A stretch of 64,000 nucleotides of DNA from Hydrurus foetidus (Eukaryota), in the NCBI GenBank assembly GCA_900617105.1, contig UYFQ01000006.1, forward strand, positions 682,001 to 746,000, in the 5' to 3' direction. This document shows, in pieces, positions 39,943 through 49,600 of this stretch (the first letter of the stretch is position 1; every line of letters begins with the position of its first letter). The notes below the pieces were generated by a model. That model was not told the DNA's origin. It saw only the letters and a program-made list of their open reading frames with translations, and ran no database searches. The translations under genes were made by a program, and so were the position numbers.

Positions 39943-39971
39943 ACTAGACATTGAACTAGTCAATGTCTAGT
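39943..39971. promoter_or_regulatory. Perfect palindromic operator, probably for the TetR at 34002-34700
   Basis: ACTAGACATTGA-ACTAG-TCAATGTCTAGT about 50 nt upstream of the operon start. Confidence 0.7.
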
Positions 39972-40179
39972 TGAGACTGTATCAAAACGTCCCAGAGATT
40001 GATAGTCGCGAGAGCGACTCCGTATTGAGTTCCACCCAGAGGTGATCAAGTTTTCCATGAGGCCTTGCCGATGTGCAGTTCGGTACACCACTCATCGGAC
40101 AACGCTCGAAGGAATTTCAAGTGGGTCAAACGAGCGGAAAAATGCATACGCAACGCGGTATGAAGGTACGCCATTCCTA

Positions 40180-40300
40180 GGGGCTGTTATTGAAGCTGTG
40201 GTTGAATGAGGTTTAGTCCAGAATGAACTTTGATGACCGACCGACCGACCGACACGCACTGACAGACAGCCAATGGGAACGCATTGCTCCTAATCTTCCG
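40180..40300 (+). mobile_element. IS5 (IS427-like) left-end remnant
   Basis: GGGGCTGTTATTGA end-like sequence after CTA; RHALTDSQWERIAPNLP transposase N-terminal motif (40250-40300). Confidence 0.6.
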
Positions 40301-40308
40301 CCGGTACT

Positions 40309-40635
40309 GGGGCGCCAACTTAACGAACTTAAGCCATTTGCGGTAAAAAACTCCCACTAAGTTGTTGATTTAGTTAATTATTTTAGGACTTTCTTGACAA
40401 TGGACACCACCTCCGACAAGAAAATACAGGATTAACCCTTGGCCATCTTTTTGCCCAACGCTCAGCGCACATCATGTCGCCAGAGTTCTCCGCTGTAGCG
40501 CGGCATCCTGACTTCCCCACAGCCTTTACGCGCCAGCGCAAATTCCCCTTGCCCACCCTGGCTGGTGCATTGCTGTCAATGCGAGGCCAGTTGAAGCAAA
40601 CCATGCTGGATGTCTTCTTTGGCCGCCTCTGCGTC
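40309..40635 (+). mobile_element. IS4-family 5' remnant
   Basis: AFTRQRKFPLPTL...LL..R...TMLD.FF motif typical of IS4 transposase N-termini; cut off at 40636. Confidence 0.55.
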
Positions 40636-41654
40636 CGGAACGTGTCAATGACTTTGCTACACCTTGCTTCATGAATTTACGGTGCAGGGTTGTATTGTTT
40701 CAGTCGGCGTCCGTTGCGCTGGCGGTGGGTTGATCCAGGCCGCAGTGGGCATGGGTTTTAGGCAAGGGCTGATGCCCTTGAATCGGTTTGGCGTGGCGAT
40801 GAATGCCGCTTCAGTGTGGCTTGCCGCACTTCCCGCATGGCCTTCGCTTGCCCATAGTGCACGCTGTGGGGTGTCATATGGCCAACGCCAGCAGTGCCGA
40901 GCGCCGTCGCCAGCGCAGCCACCCGGCCTATGCCAAGCCGGAGTTGCTGGCCGTCGCGCCCAATCAAGTTTGGTCGTGGGACATCACCAAACTCAAGGGG
41001 CCGGCCAAATGGACATGTTTCCACCTCTACGTCATCTTGGACATCTTCAGTCGCTACGTAGTTGGCTGGCTGATTGCGCCGCGAGAGAGCGCTGAGTTGG
41101 CCCAGCAACTTATTGCCGATACCGTGGCCCGCCACGATGTGATGCCGGGTGCGCTCACGCTACACGCCGATCGCGAAACGTCCATGCGCTCCAAGCCGGT
41201 GGCCAGTTTGTTGATTGACCTGGACGTAGCCAAGAGCCACAGCCGCCCCTACACCTCGGACGACAACCCCTATTCGGAGTCGCAATTCAAGACAATTAAA
41301 TACAGACCGGACTTCCCGCAGCGCTTTGGCAGCATCGAAGACGCCAGAAGCCACTGTCAAACATTCTTTGCCTGGTACAACAGCCAGCACTGCCACTCAG
41401 GCATTGGCCACATGACACCCCACAGCGTGCACTACGGGCAAGCGCAGGCTATGCGGGAAGTTCGACAAACGACACTGAATGCGGCATTCAATGCCACGCC
41501 AAACCGATTCAAGGGCATCAGCCCTTGCCTAAAACCCATGCCCACTGCGGCCTGGATCAACCCACCGCCAGCGCAACGGACGCCGACTGAAACAATACAA
41601 CCCTGCACCGTAAATTCATGAAGCAAGGTGTAGCAAAGTCATTGACACGTTCCG
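40636..41654. mobile_element. Two head-to-head IS3-family right halves (about 250-bp inverted repeat) with a 5'-truncated rve transposase
   Basis: 40636-40797 exactly inverted at the 41654 end; ORF 40803-41621 has PNQVWSWDIT, DIFSRYVVGW, HADR, DNPYSESQFKT. Confidence 0.85.
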
Positions 41655-41800
41655 ATTTAACCACCGGCTGTTCAAAGAAAAGCGCGTTCAAAAGCCATCT
41701 TTGTGCGCGTTCAGTCCGCCGCTAACACCAGCGGTGGGTGCACAGTTCCAAGCGGGGCTGTGCGGATACTTTGGACGAGCTCCCAGCCGGCGCAGCGTGA

Positions 41801-42721
41801 TCAGTCTTCGTAGTTCACCGTGTCGCGGTAGTCCGCTTCATCGTGGATCGCCCAGTATGCGTCGTGCAGGCGCGTTGTGATTGGGCCGGGAAAATGTGGC
41901 AGCGGCTTGCCATCGATCTTCGCAACATGCATGATGCCGCCTGCAGTGGAGGTGAGAAATACCTCGTTAGCCTTGCGAAATTCATCGACCAGCAGCGGCC
42001 CGACATCGATTGGAATCTCCAAACGCGCACACAGCTCAATCGCGGTACGACGGGATACCCCTTGGAGCACGCCACGATCAACGGTACGAACCACTCCGTT
42101 TTTAACCATAAATACATTGAAGCCGGGGCCTTCGCAGATATTGCCTGCCGTATCAATGACACAACTGGTGTCGCGCCCCTGATCGTAGGCATCAAACATC
42201 GATTGCACGAGATCTAGCCAGTGGTAATTTTTGACCGTCGGATCGACCGATTCTGGTGGAATACGGATGCGCTCGCTGACATGCAGGTCGACGCCTTGCA
42301 GCTGTTTTTCGCGTGACGCGATCCAAGCGTACGGTACGGCATAGGCATAGAACCGGTTCTGTGCCAGTCGAGGATCCCGCGAACCCCGAGGCGGCACGCC
42401 ACGCGTGCAAACCATTGCGACGTACGCGTCCTGCAGACCACTGTTTCGGACACAGCCATGCAAAATCGCTCGCAGTTCGGTGCGGTCAAACGGGATCGAC
42501 ATGCGCAACTTTTGAAGACCCGTGAAGAAGCGGTCAATGTGCGTATCGAGACGAAAAAACGCACCTTTCCAAGTACTCACGACATCGTAGGTCACATCAG
42601 AGCGTGTAAAGCCCCAATCGAACAGAGAGATTTTTGCTTCGGACAGTGGTACGTAGGCGCCGTCGACGAAGGCGCATCCGCCTTCAAAACGAGCAAGTAG
42701 GGGAACGGGAAGAACTGACAT
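41801..42721 (-). CDS. Fold-type IV aminotransferase, (R)-selective amine transaminase-like
   Basis: GFTRSDVTYDV, YVAM.CTRG, DPTVKNYHWLDL, EGPGFNVF, STAGG. Confidence 0.85.
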   Translation of the reverse strand: MSVLPVPLLARFEGGCAFVDGAYVPLSEAKISLFDWGFTRSDVTYDVVSTWKGAFFRLDTHIDRFFTGLQKLRMSIPFDRTELRAILHGCVRNSGLQDAYVAMVCTRGVPPRGSRDPRLAQNRFYAYAVPYAWIASREKQLQGVDLHVSERIRIPPESVDPTVKNYHWLDLVQSMFDAYDQGRDTSCVIDTAGNICEGPGFNVFMVKNGVVRTVDRGVLQGVSRRTAIELCARLEIPIDVGPLLVDEFRKANEVFLTSTAGGIMHVAKIDGKPLPHFPGPITTRLHDAYWAIHDEADYRDTVNYED

Positions 42722-42745
42722 CGTGATGTCTCCTTTGAGAGATTA

Positions 42746-42783
42746 ATTAAACATCATTCAATAATAATTGGTCATCGTTCAAT
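42746..42783. promoter_or_regulatory. Tandem imperfect palindromes, probable TetR operators
   Basis: ATTAAACATCATTCAAT and ATTGGTCATCGTTCAAT at 21-bp period between divergent genes. Confidence 0.55.
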
Positions 42784-42802
42784 AAACAACTAAAATTGCA
42801 CT

Positions 42803-43570
42803 ATGCCTACTACCCGATCCTCAGCGAACAAGTCTCTTGCCATCGTCACTCGACGTTCCGGTCGTCCGCGCAAGGACGCTGCGACGGCAGAAGACGCTCT
42901 TGGGCGCGAGCGCATCTTCCGAGCTGCGCTCACGTTGATTGATCGCAACGGTTTGACCGCCTTTAATATCCGCGAGTTGGCCGCATTCCTTGGTGTCGCG
43001 CCGGCCGCTGTCTACTGGCATGTACCGAGCCGCGATGCGTTGGTTTCTGGAGCGATAGCGTTGGCGCTGGAAGGGGTGGCTGACGATGTGCTACTGGGTC
43101 CGTGGCAACAACGCATCGCCGGACTGCTGCGAGGCTTTCGCAGTACCCTGCGCGCCCATCCCCGACTGGCTCCCGCTGTGGCGAGTGAGCTCGCCTATAA
43201 CGCGACCTTCAATGCAGCGCTGCTCGATCAAATCATCGCGGCACTCGAAGATGTACCTTTCAAAGGCAAGGAGCTGGTCAATGCCTTCAACGTTGTCGTC
43301 GCGGCGCTCCTCGGCTTCGCAACATTAGAGCTCTCAAGCGCTCCGGAAGGCCCGTCCGAAACTTGGGAGCAGGCTTGCCGTGCGCAGATCGACGCAGTCG
43401 ACGCTGGTCAGTATCCGCACTTGGCGCGTCATCGGGACAAGTTGCGCAACCGCGCGTTCCTGATTCGCTGGTCCAGTGGTATCGAGTGCCCGTTGGACAG
43501 CAGTTTCGAAGCCTGGATCGAAGTGCTAATCTATGGTCTTGAGTCGCGCAGTAGAGTCCCTAACACATAG
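42803..43570 (+). CDS. TetR-family regulator (TetR_C type)
   Basis: LGRERIFRAAL.LID..GL..F.IRELA..LGV.PAAVYWH HTH. Confidence 0.9.
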   Translation: MPTTRSSANKSLAIVTRRSGRPRKDAATAEDALGRERIFRAALTLIDRNGLTAFNIRELAAFLGVAPAAVYWHVPSRDALVSGAIALALEGVADDVLLGPWQQRIAGLLRGFRSTLRAHPRLAPAVASELAYNATFNAALLDQIIAALEDVPFKGKELVNAFNVVVAALLGFATLELSSAPEGPSETWEQACRAQIDAVDAGQYPHLARHRDKLRNRAFLIRWSSGIECPLDSSFEAWIEVLIYGLESRSRVPNT

Positions 43571-43615
43571 TCTCACCGCCTCCATCTTGAATTCCAACGT
43601 GTACTTGGCCCGTTT
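43568..43615 (-). pseudogene. IS3 OrfA N-terminal fragment
   Basis: Minus strand reads KRAKYTLEFKMEAVRL. Confidence 0.55.
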
Positions 43616-43753
43616 GCCGGAGGCTGCGCTTGCAATCAGGAAAATCACGCCGAAGAACTTTTGCATGGTCAGGCTCTTTACATTGAGTCGCCTAGACTCT
43701 AACCCACTCGATAATTCCCACCACCTCCCTTAACCCTTTTCCAGGAGCCCCCC

Positions 43754-43975
43754 ATGGGACTTGAAGGCTTGCGACTCAGTGCCGTGTTCGGCTCCATCCT
43801 CTTCGCGCTGGTTGGCGTGGTGGTGTTTTGGCTCAGCTTTGTGGTGATCGACAAACTCACGCCCTACAACCTGTGGGAAGAAATCGTTGAAAAGCAAAAC
43901 GTCGCCCTAGGGCTGGTGGTGGCGGCCATGTCCTTGGGCATTTGCATCATCGTGGCGGCGGCGATCCACGGGTGA
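43754..43975 (+). CDS. DUF350 small membrane protein
   Basis: 73 aa; IDKLTPYNLWEEIVEKQNVALG...IIVAAAIHG; AGGAG RBS. Confidence 0.85.
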   Translation: MGLEGLRLSAVFGSILFALVGVVVFWLSFVVIDKLTPYNLWEEIVEKQNVALGLVVAAMSLGICIIVAAAIHG

Positions 43976-45906
43976 GGGTGTCACTGCTGCGTTTTGGGGG
44001 GACAGGGCTGCTCTGGCTCGCCTTGGGCCTAGGGATGCTGGGTACAGGCCAGCCCAGCTTTGCCCAAGAGCCCGTGCGCGAAGGCATACCGTCCGCAGGG
44101 CCTGACGTAGCCGCTGATGCGGTGGTGGCGGAATCCGCACCTGCGCCGTCGGCGGCCACATTCACCCTCGCTGTCACCCTTCCCACCGATGCCCCCCAGC
44201 CGCTGCAAGCCTTTTTGCTCACCCACTTGGATGTGCAGCGCTTTCGCACGCTGCCCGACTTAGACCGCACCGAGCTGGCCCGCTTGGTGGCCCAAATCCC
44301 GGCGGATGCCACCAGTTTGCTGGCCACCTTGGGGTACATGACACCCGTCATTGCGGCGAGCATTACCGCCAACAGCACGGCCAACACCTCTCCAGACCCC
44401 GCCATCCCCCACGTCAACGTTACCGTCCAGCCCGGCCCTCTGACGCACATCACCAGCGTTGCGCTCAGCTTTACCGGCGACATCGCCCAGCGCCCGGATG
44501 CCGCTGACCAGCGCGAAGCGATTCAAGACGCTTTCACCCTCCAAACCGGCAAGCCTTTCACCCAAAGCGACTGGGATGCCGCCAAAAACCGCGCCCTTCG
44601 CGCCCTCACCGCCCAGCGCTACCCGACCGGGCGTATTAGCCACAGCATGGCCGACATTGACCCGGTGACGCACAGCGCCGCCCTTACCGTGGTGCTCGAA
44701 TCCGGCCCCGCCTTGCGCATTGGGGATGTGGTGGTCAGCGGCATTGAGCGCTATGACCCGGTGATGGTGCAGCGCTTGGTGCGCTTGGCGGGCCTCACAC
44801 CGGGCAGCGATTACGCCCTCGCCCATGTGCTCGATGCCCAACGCCGCGTGGCCGACAGCGGCTACTTTGCCTCGGTCTTCATCCTCGTTGAACCTGGGAA
44901 TGAACTGCCATTAGGTTCCGGCTTGGCCCCAGTGCAGGTCAAAGTGCGCGAAATCGAACTGCAAAAAATCGTGCTTGGTATCGGTGGCAGCACCGACAAC
45001 GGGCCTCGCCTGAGCGTGGAACACACGCACCATCGCCTCCCCGGCTTGCGCTGGCGGGCAGTAACGGGGCTGACGCTCTCGCGCAACAGCCAATCCGCCC
45101 AAACTGCGCTGACCTCCCCGGTGGACGGTGCCGGGTGGCGCTGGGCGCTGTCGGGGCTGGTCAACAAGCAAATTGACGACAGCGGCACCACCCTCAGCCA
45201 ACGTCTGCGGGCTGGTCAAACGCAAGACAACCCCCATTTCAGCCGCAGCCTGTTTGTGCAGTACGACCGTGCCCGCACCACGCTGGACGGCTCGCAGACC
45301 GAGGGTCAAGCCGCCATCAGCGCCAACTTCGCCTGGACACTGCGTCGCCTTGACCATGTGCTGTTTCCTGAGCGCGGCTACAGCCTGGGCTTTGAGCTGG
45401 GGTCGGGCCTGACGCTGGAGCAATCCAAACGCCCCTACCTGCGCAGCCGCGTGCGGGGCCTGTACTACCTGCCGTTCACCGACGACGCCCAAGGCCGCTT
45501 GGCCGCCCGCGCTGAGCTGGGTGCTGTCTGGGCACGCGGCGCGGTGGCCGTGCCCTCGACCGAGTTGTTTTTGACCGGTGGCGATAACACCGTGCGCGGC
45601 TACGCCCTGCGCAGCATCGGCGTGCCCATAGGCAGCGGTGGCGTAGACCCTGGCCGCGTCATCGCCACAGGCAGCCTGGAATGGCAACGCCCCCTGGTAC
45701 TGAACGACCAGCGCTCCGCTTGGGAAAACACCTTCTTCATCGACGCCGGTGCCGTCAGCGACAAAGCCGCCAGCCTGCGTGCCAAGGTGGGTATAGGCAC
45801 CGGCGTGCGCTACCGCAGCCCTGTCGGCCCGCTGCAACTCGACTTGGCCTATGGCGTAGCGGTGCGACGCTTGCGGCTGCACATGACGCTGGGGTTTAAG
45901 TTTTAG
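43972..45906 (+). CDS. tamA: Translocation and assembly module outer-membrane subunit TamA
   Basis: POTRA-like region, FLTGGDNTVRGY, RYRSPVGPLQLDLAYG, C-terminal F; GTG start overlaps the DUF350 stop. Confidence 0.88.
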   Translation: MRVSLLRFGGTGLLWLALGLGMLGTGQPSFAQEPVREGIPSAGPDVAADAVVAESAPAPSAATFTLAVTLPTDAPQPLQAFLLTHLDVQRFRTLPDLDRTELARLVAQIPADATSLLATLGYMTPVIAASITANSTANTSPDPAIPHVNVTVQPGPLTHITSVALSFTGDIAQRPDAADQREAIQDAFTLQTGKPFTQSDWDAAKNRALRALTAQRYPTGRISHSMADIDPVTHSAALTVVLESGPALRIGDVVVSGIERYDPVMVQRLVRLAGLTPGSDYALAHVLDAQRRVADSGYFASVFILVEPGNELPLGSGLAPVQVKVREIELQKIVLGIGGSTDNGPRLSVEHTHHRLPGLRWRAVTGLTLSRNSQSAQTALTSPVDGAGWRWALSGLVNKQIDDSGTTLSQRLRAGQTQDNPHFSRSLFVQYDRARTTLDGSQTEGQAAISANFAWTLRRLDHVLFPERGYSLGFELGSGLTLEQSKRPYLRSRVRGLYYLPFTDDAQGRLAARAELGAVWARGAVAVPSTELFLTGGDNTVRGYALRSIGVPIGSGGVDPGRVIATGSLEWQRPLVLNDQRSAWENTFFIDAGAVSDKAASLRAKVGIGTGVRYRSPVGPLQLDLAYGVAVRRLRLHMTLGFKF

Positions 45907-46303
45907 GAGGCTGAGCGGTGCCGTCTGCCGCCCATGCGAGCACGGCCATGACTGCATCCACCACCCGCACACGGTCAAATCCTGTGGGTGTCACCGTGCC
46001 GTAGCGGGCTTCCACGGCGTAGGGGTTCAGTTCGTCCAGCCAGTCTGCACCAGGGGGTTCAGGCATGTTGTTGTCTTGCAGCAGGTCGAGCAAGGTGACG
46101 AGGTCATGGGTGCGTCGAAACGCAACGCCCTGGGCGCTGAGCACGGCTTTCAGGGCTTTTTCTACGGCTTGCTGGGCGTGAAAACCCACCATCGCGTCCC
46201 CGATGGCGGGCGTGTTGGCGAGCACTTGGCACGCCGCCAAATCCTGCTTAGCCGCTTCCAGCAGCAACTGCGCAATGGACAGTGGTGGACGGGCGTTAGC
46301 CAT
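45896..46303 (-). CDS. HEPN domain protein (HEPN/MNT pair)
   Basis: FHAQQAVEKALKA, RRTHDL, EARY. Confidence 0.88.
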   Translation of the reverse strand: MANARPPLSIAQLLLEAAKQDLAACQVLANTPAIGDAMVGFHAQQAVEKALKAVLSAQGVAFRRTHDLVTLLDLLQDNNMPEPPGADWLDELNPYAVEARYGTVTPTGFDRVRVVDAVMAVLAWAADGTAQPPKT

Positions 46304-46610
46304 GCACCACACGCCCTTCGCGCAGCGCCCAATACAGCGCGGTGCCGGGTTGTTGCCCCCATTGGTTCACTTCGTCGCGTGAATACACCAGCACATCGGC
46401 TGGCACCCGCAAGGGACGCAAGGCGCGGCGCAGACGCACCATTTCTTGGGCGCGGTTTTCAACTTCAGGTTCGATCACCAAAAAATCGAGGTCAGAGTGC
46501 TCTGTGGCATCGCCTCGGGCGTAAGACCCAAAAAGCAAAATTTGTTGCGCTTGCGGCGCTGCCAGTGCCAATGCGTTCACCGCAGAAGCTAAGGTGCTTG
46601 CGTCAATCAT
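46296..46610 (-). CDS. Minimal nucleotidyltransferase (MNT)
   Basis: LFGSYARGDATEHSDLDFLV; overlaps the HEPN start. Confidence 0.9.
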   Translation of the reverse strand: MIDASTLASAVNALALAAPQAQQILLFGSYARGDATEHSDLDFLVIEPEVENRAQEMVRLRRALRPLRVPADVLVYSRDEVNQWGQQPGTALYWALREGRVVHG

Positions 46611-46648
46611 GGCCACAGTCTTTCTGAGGGAATCTAAGGGAAGTCCAG

Positions 46649-49600
46649 TTGCGTGCATTGTTGCATTCTTGCGCTGATGCCGTCACACCGCGTTGCGAGT
46701 ACGGTGTGCGCTGTGGATACCATGCACAGTTCAACCGCTCTGATACCCACTTGCCTGTGACCTCTGACGACAGCCCTTCTCCCCCCGTGCGCATCCCCAG
46801 TCCTCCGCTGCTGCGCAAGCTTGTGCTGGCCCTTGTCGGCACCGTGGTCATGCTGGCTGTCATCGTGGCTTGTGTCTTAGGCGGCGCGTGGTGGTGGTCA
46901 GGCACCGAGGGATCGCTGGCCCAGACGCTGCAATCGCTGGCCCCGCACGGGGTACTCAACCGCCTTGCCACCCAGGCCGGTATCCCGCTGGGACAGTTAA
47001 GCGTCCGTGACGTGACGGGCAGCCTGCGTTCAGGGGGGCAGATCGGTGCGCTGGAATGGCAGCAGCAGCCGGGCGCGGCCTCTGGTGCATCGTTGGCCGG
47101 GCAGGGTTTGCAACTGCAATGGAACACCCCTGCGCTGCTGCAAGGCCGCGTGCAACTCGACACCTTCACCGCCCAGCACCTCACCGTCACCCTGCCGCCC
47201 AGCACCGAACCCACCACGCCACCGCAGGCCGTGTTGTTGCCGCTGCCCGTCAGTGTGAACTTCAAGGTGGTGCAGCTGGACGTGGCAGGTGCGACACCTG
47301 TGCAGTTGAGTGGTGTGCAGGGTCACTATGATTACGATAGCGAGCCTAGCACGTCAGATAAGCTAAAACCGGGTTTTTGGCACCAGTTAACGCTGGATTC
47401 AGTGACGCTCGCGCAAGGCCAGTACCGGCTCAAGGCGGATGTGCAGGCGCTGGCCCCTATGGCCGTGCAAGCGACGCTGGCAGGCCGGGTGCGCAGCGTG
47501 GTGCCGGGAGGTGTCGCGCTAACCGTGCTGGCCGATGCGCAGGTCAACGGCACGCTGGCAGGGGCGCTGGCCGCTGTGGACGTGAAGGCCCAAATACACC
47601 GTGAGCGCCGCGAAGGGGAAGACAAAACACCGCCCATGCTGGACGCGACAGCCCGCATCCAGCCTTGGGCGCAGCAGCCCGTGCGCACCGCACGGCTGGC
47701 GGTGGCGCAGTTGAATGTGGCGGATTTCTGGCCGCAAGCGCCCGCCACTCGTCTCTCGGGCACGGTGCAGGCTGACCCGGTGGAGAGCTCAACCGCCAAC
47801 ACCGTAGCTAACACCGCCACTAACAAGGCAGGTAGTACAGACTGGGCCGCCACACTTGCGCTGACCAACGCCTTGCCCGGCCCGTGGGATCGCCAGCGCC
47901 TGCCGGTGCAAAGCCTAAAAGCGAAAGTGCAGGCCCACGCCGAGGTGCAAGGGACGCGGTGGGTGGTCTCCGCGCTGCAAGCGAAGGTGGGCGATGGTGA
48001 GCTGCAAGGTGCAGGCCAGTGGCAGGCGGCGGCTGTGGCGGTGGCGGTGGCGGTGGAGGGGCGCGCTGCTGCGAACGGTGCGGTAGCTGAACCTTGGACG
48101 GGCAATATCAGCTTCACCCGCATCAACCCCGCAGCCTTGTCTTCGGCGATGGCACCGGCCCGGTTGGATGGGGCTGTCACCGCCAAGCAGCAAGGCGCGG
48201 GCGGTTCGGCCACGGCGTTTGACGTCAAACTCAAATCGTCTGTGGGGCAAGGGGCTGTGCCGCCATCCTTGCAAGGTTTGCGCTTGGGCGATGCCCATGC
48301 CGCTGGACTGTGGGTGGGCGACAGCGTGCGTTTGAGCGATTTCAGCGTGCAAGCCGCTCATGCTACCGTGCAGGCCAAGGGCGAGCTGCGCATCGCCGCC
48401 CGCTCGTTTACCGGAGAACTCAACGGCACGTTTCCGGGCGGTCGTGCTGCCTTCAAAGGGTTGCTTAAACCCGACGTGTTGACAGCCTTCGCTTCAGCCC
48501 CTTCTTCCGCACTTCCAGACACCCAACTGAACCTCAACCTGGCACAAGTCGATGTGACCTGGGGTTGGCTCCAATCGCTGCCGCAAGTGCCACAACGGCT
48601 CGCCGCCATCCGCCCTGATTTGCCCCAGTGGGCCGCGCGTGGCCAAGCCGATGTGGCGCTGGACTGGCAAGGCAAAACCCGCAGCGTGAACGCCAGCGTC
48701 AGCGTGCCCAGTTTGACGCTGCAAGCCCCTGCAGCTGCCGCCAACCCATCCCCCGAGCCGATCAAACTCAGCGCCCTGCAACTCAGTGCCCAAGGCCCGC
48801 TTTCTGCCATCGCCGTGCAAATCGGTGGTGTGGCTGAGCAAGCTCCGTACAAAGTCCAGCTCGACAGCCGCGCCGCGCTGAATCTGGCCACGACCGGGGG
48901 CACCGTGGACATCTCCCGTCTTAGCCTGCGCTTGCAAGACAGCGCCCGCAGCTTGGCGGGTGCCTTGCAGCATGAGGCGGCGACCCCGCTGCCGAACTCG
49001 GTGCTGAACCCGTTGCAATTGCGCTGGAAAGACGGCACCGTTGAAGCCCTGCCCGGCCAGTTGCGTCTGGTGCCGCAAGACCAGGGCGGCAACACTGCGC
49101 CCCGCTTGCTGCCCAGCGAAAAACCTGTCACCCTCGCCTGGGATCAGTTGCTGTGGGATGCCCAAGGGCTGCGCACCCAGGGCCGCTTGTCGCAACTCCC
49201 CCTCACTTGGGTGGACTGGTTGGCTGGCCCCAAAGCGCAGCCACTGGCCGACATGGGGCTTTCCGGGCAACTGTGGTTCGATGGCGATTGGGACGTGTTC
49301 TGGCCCCGCGATACCCGCACGCCGGTGCGCGTGAGTGCCGGTGTGCAGCGCCAGCGCGGCAACTTGAGTGTGCTGCTGGACGAGGGCAACATCAGCGCTG
49401 CCACCAATGCTGCTGGTCAAACCGGTGCCAAACCCGTCGATGTGGGTCTGCGTGAAGCCTCGTTGCGGGTCATGACCGTACCCGAAGCCTCGTCCGCCAC
49501 CCGCACCGCCTTGCAAGCCCGCCTGCGCTGGAACACCGAACGTGCGGGCGTGGTGGACGCTGAGGCCAGCACCGTGCTGCAAGCTGGTAAGGGGGACGTT

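Noticed and set aside
48030..48060. (GCGGTG)n repeat in tamB encoding AVAVAV
   Set aside because: Short in-frame low-complexity tract; unit changes would not shift frame, so not a phase-variation switch.
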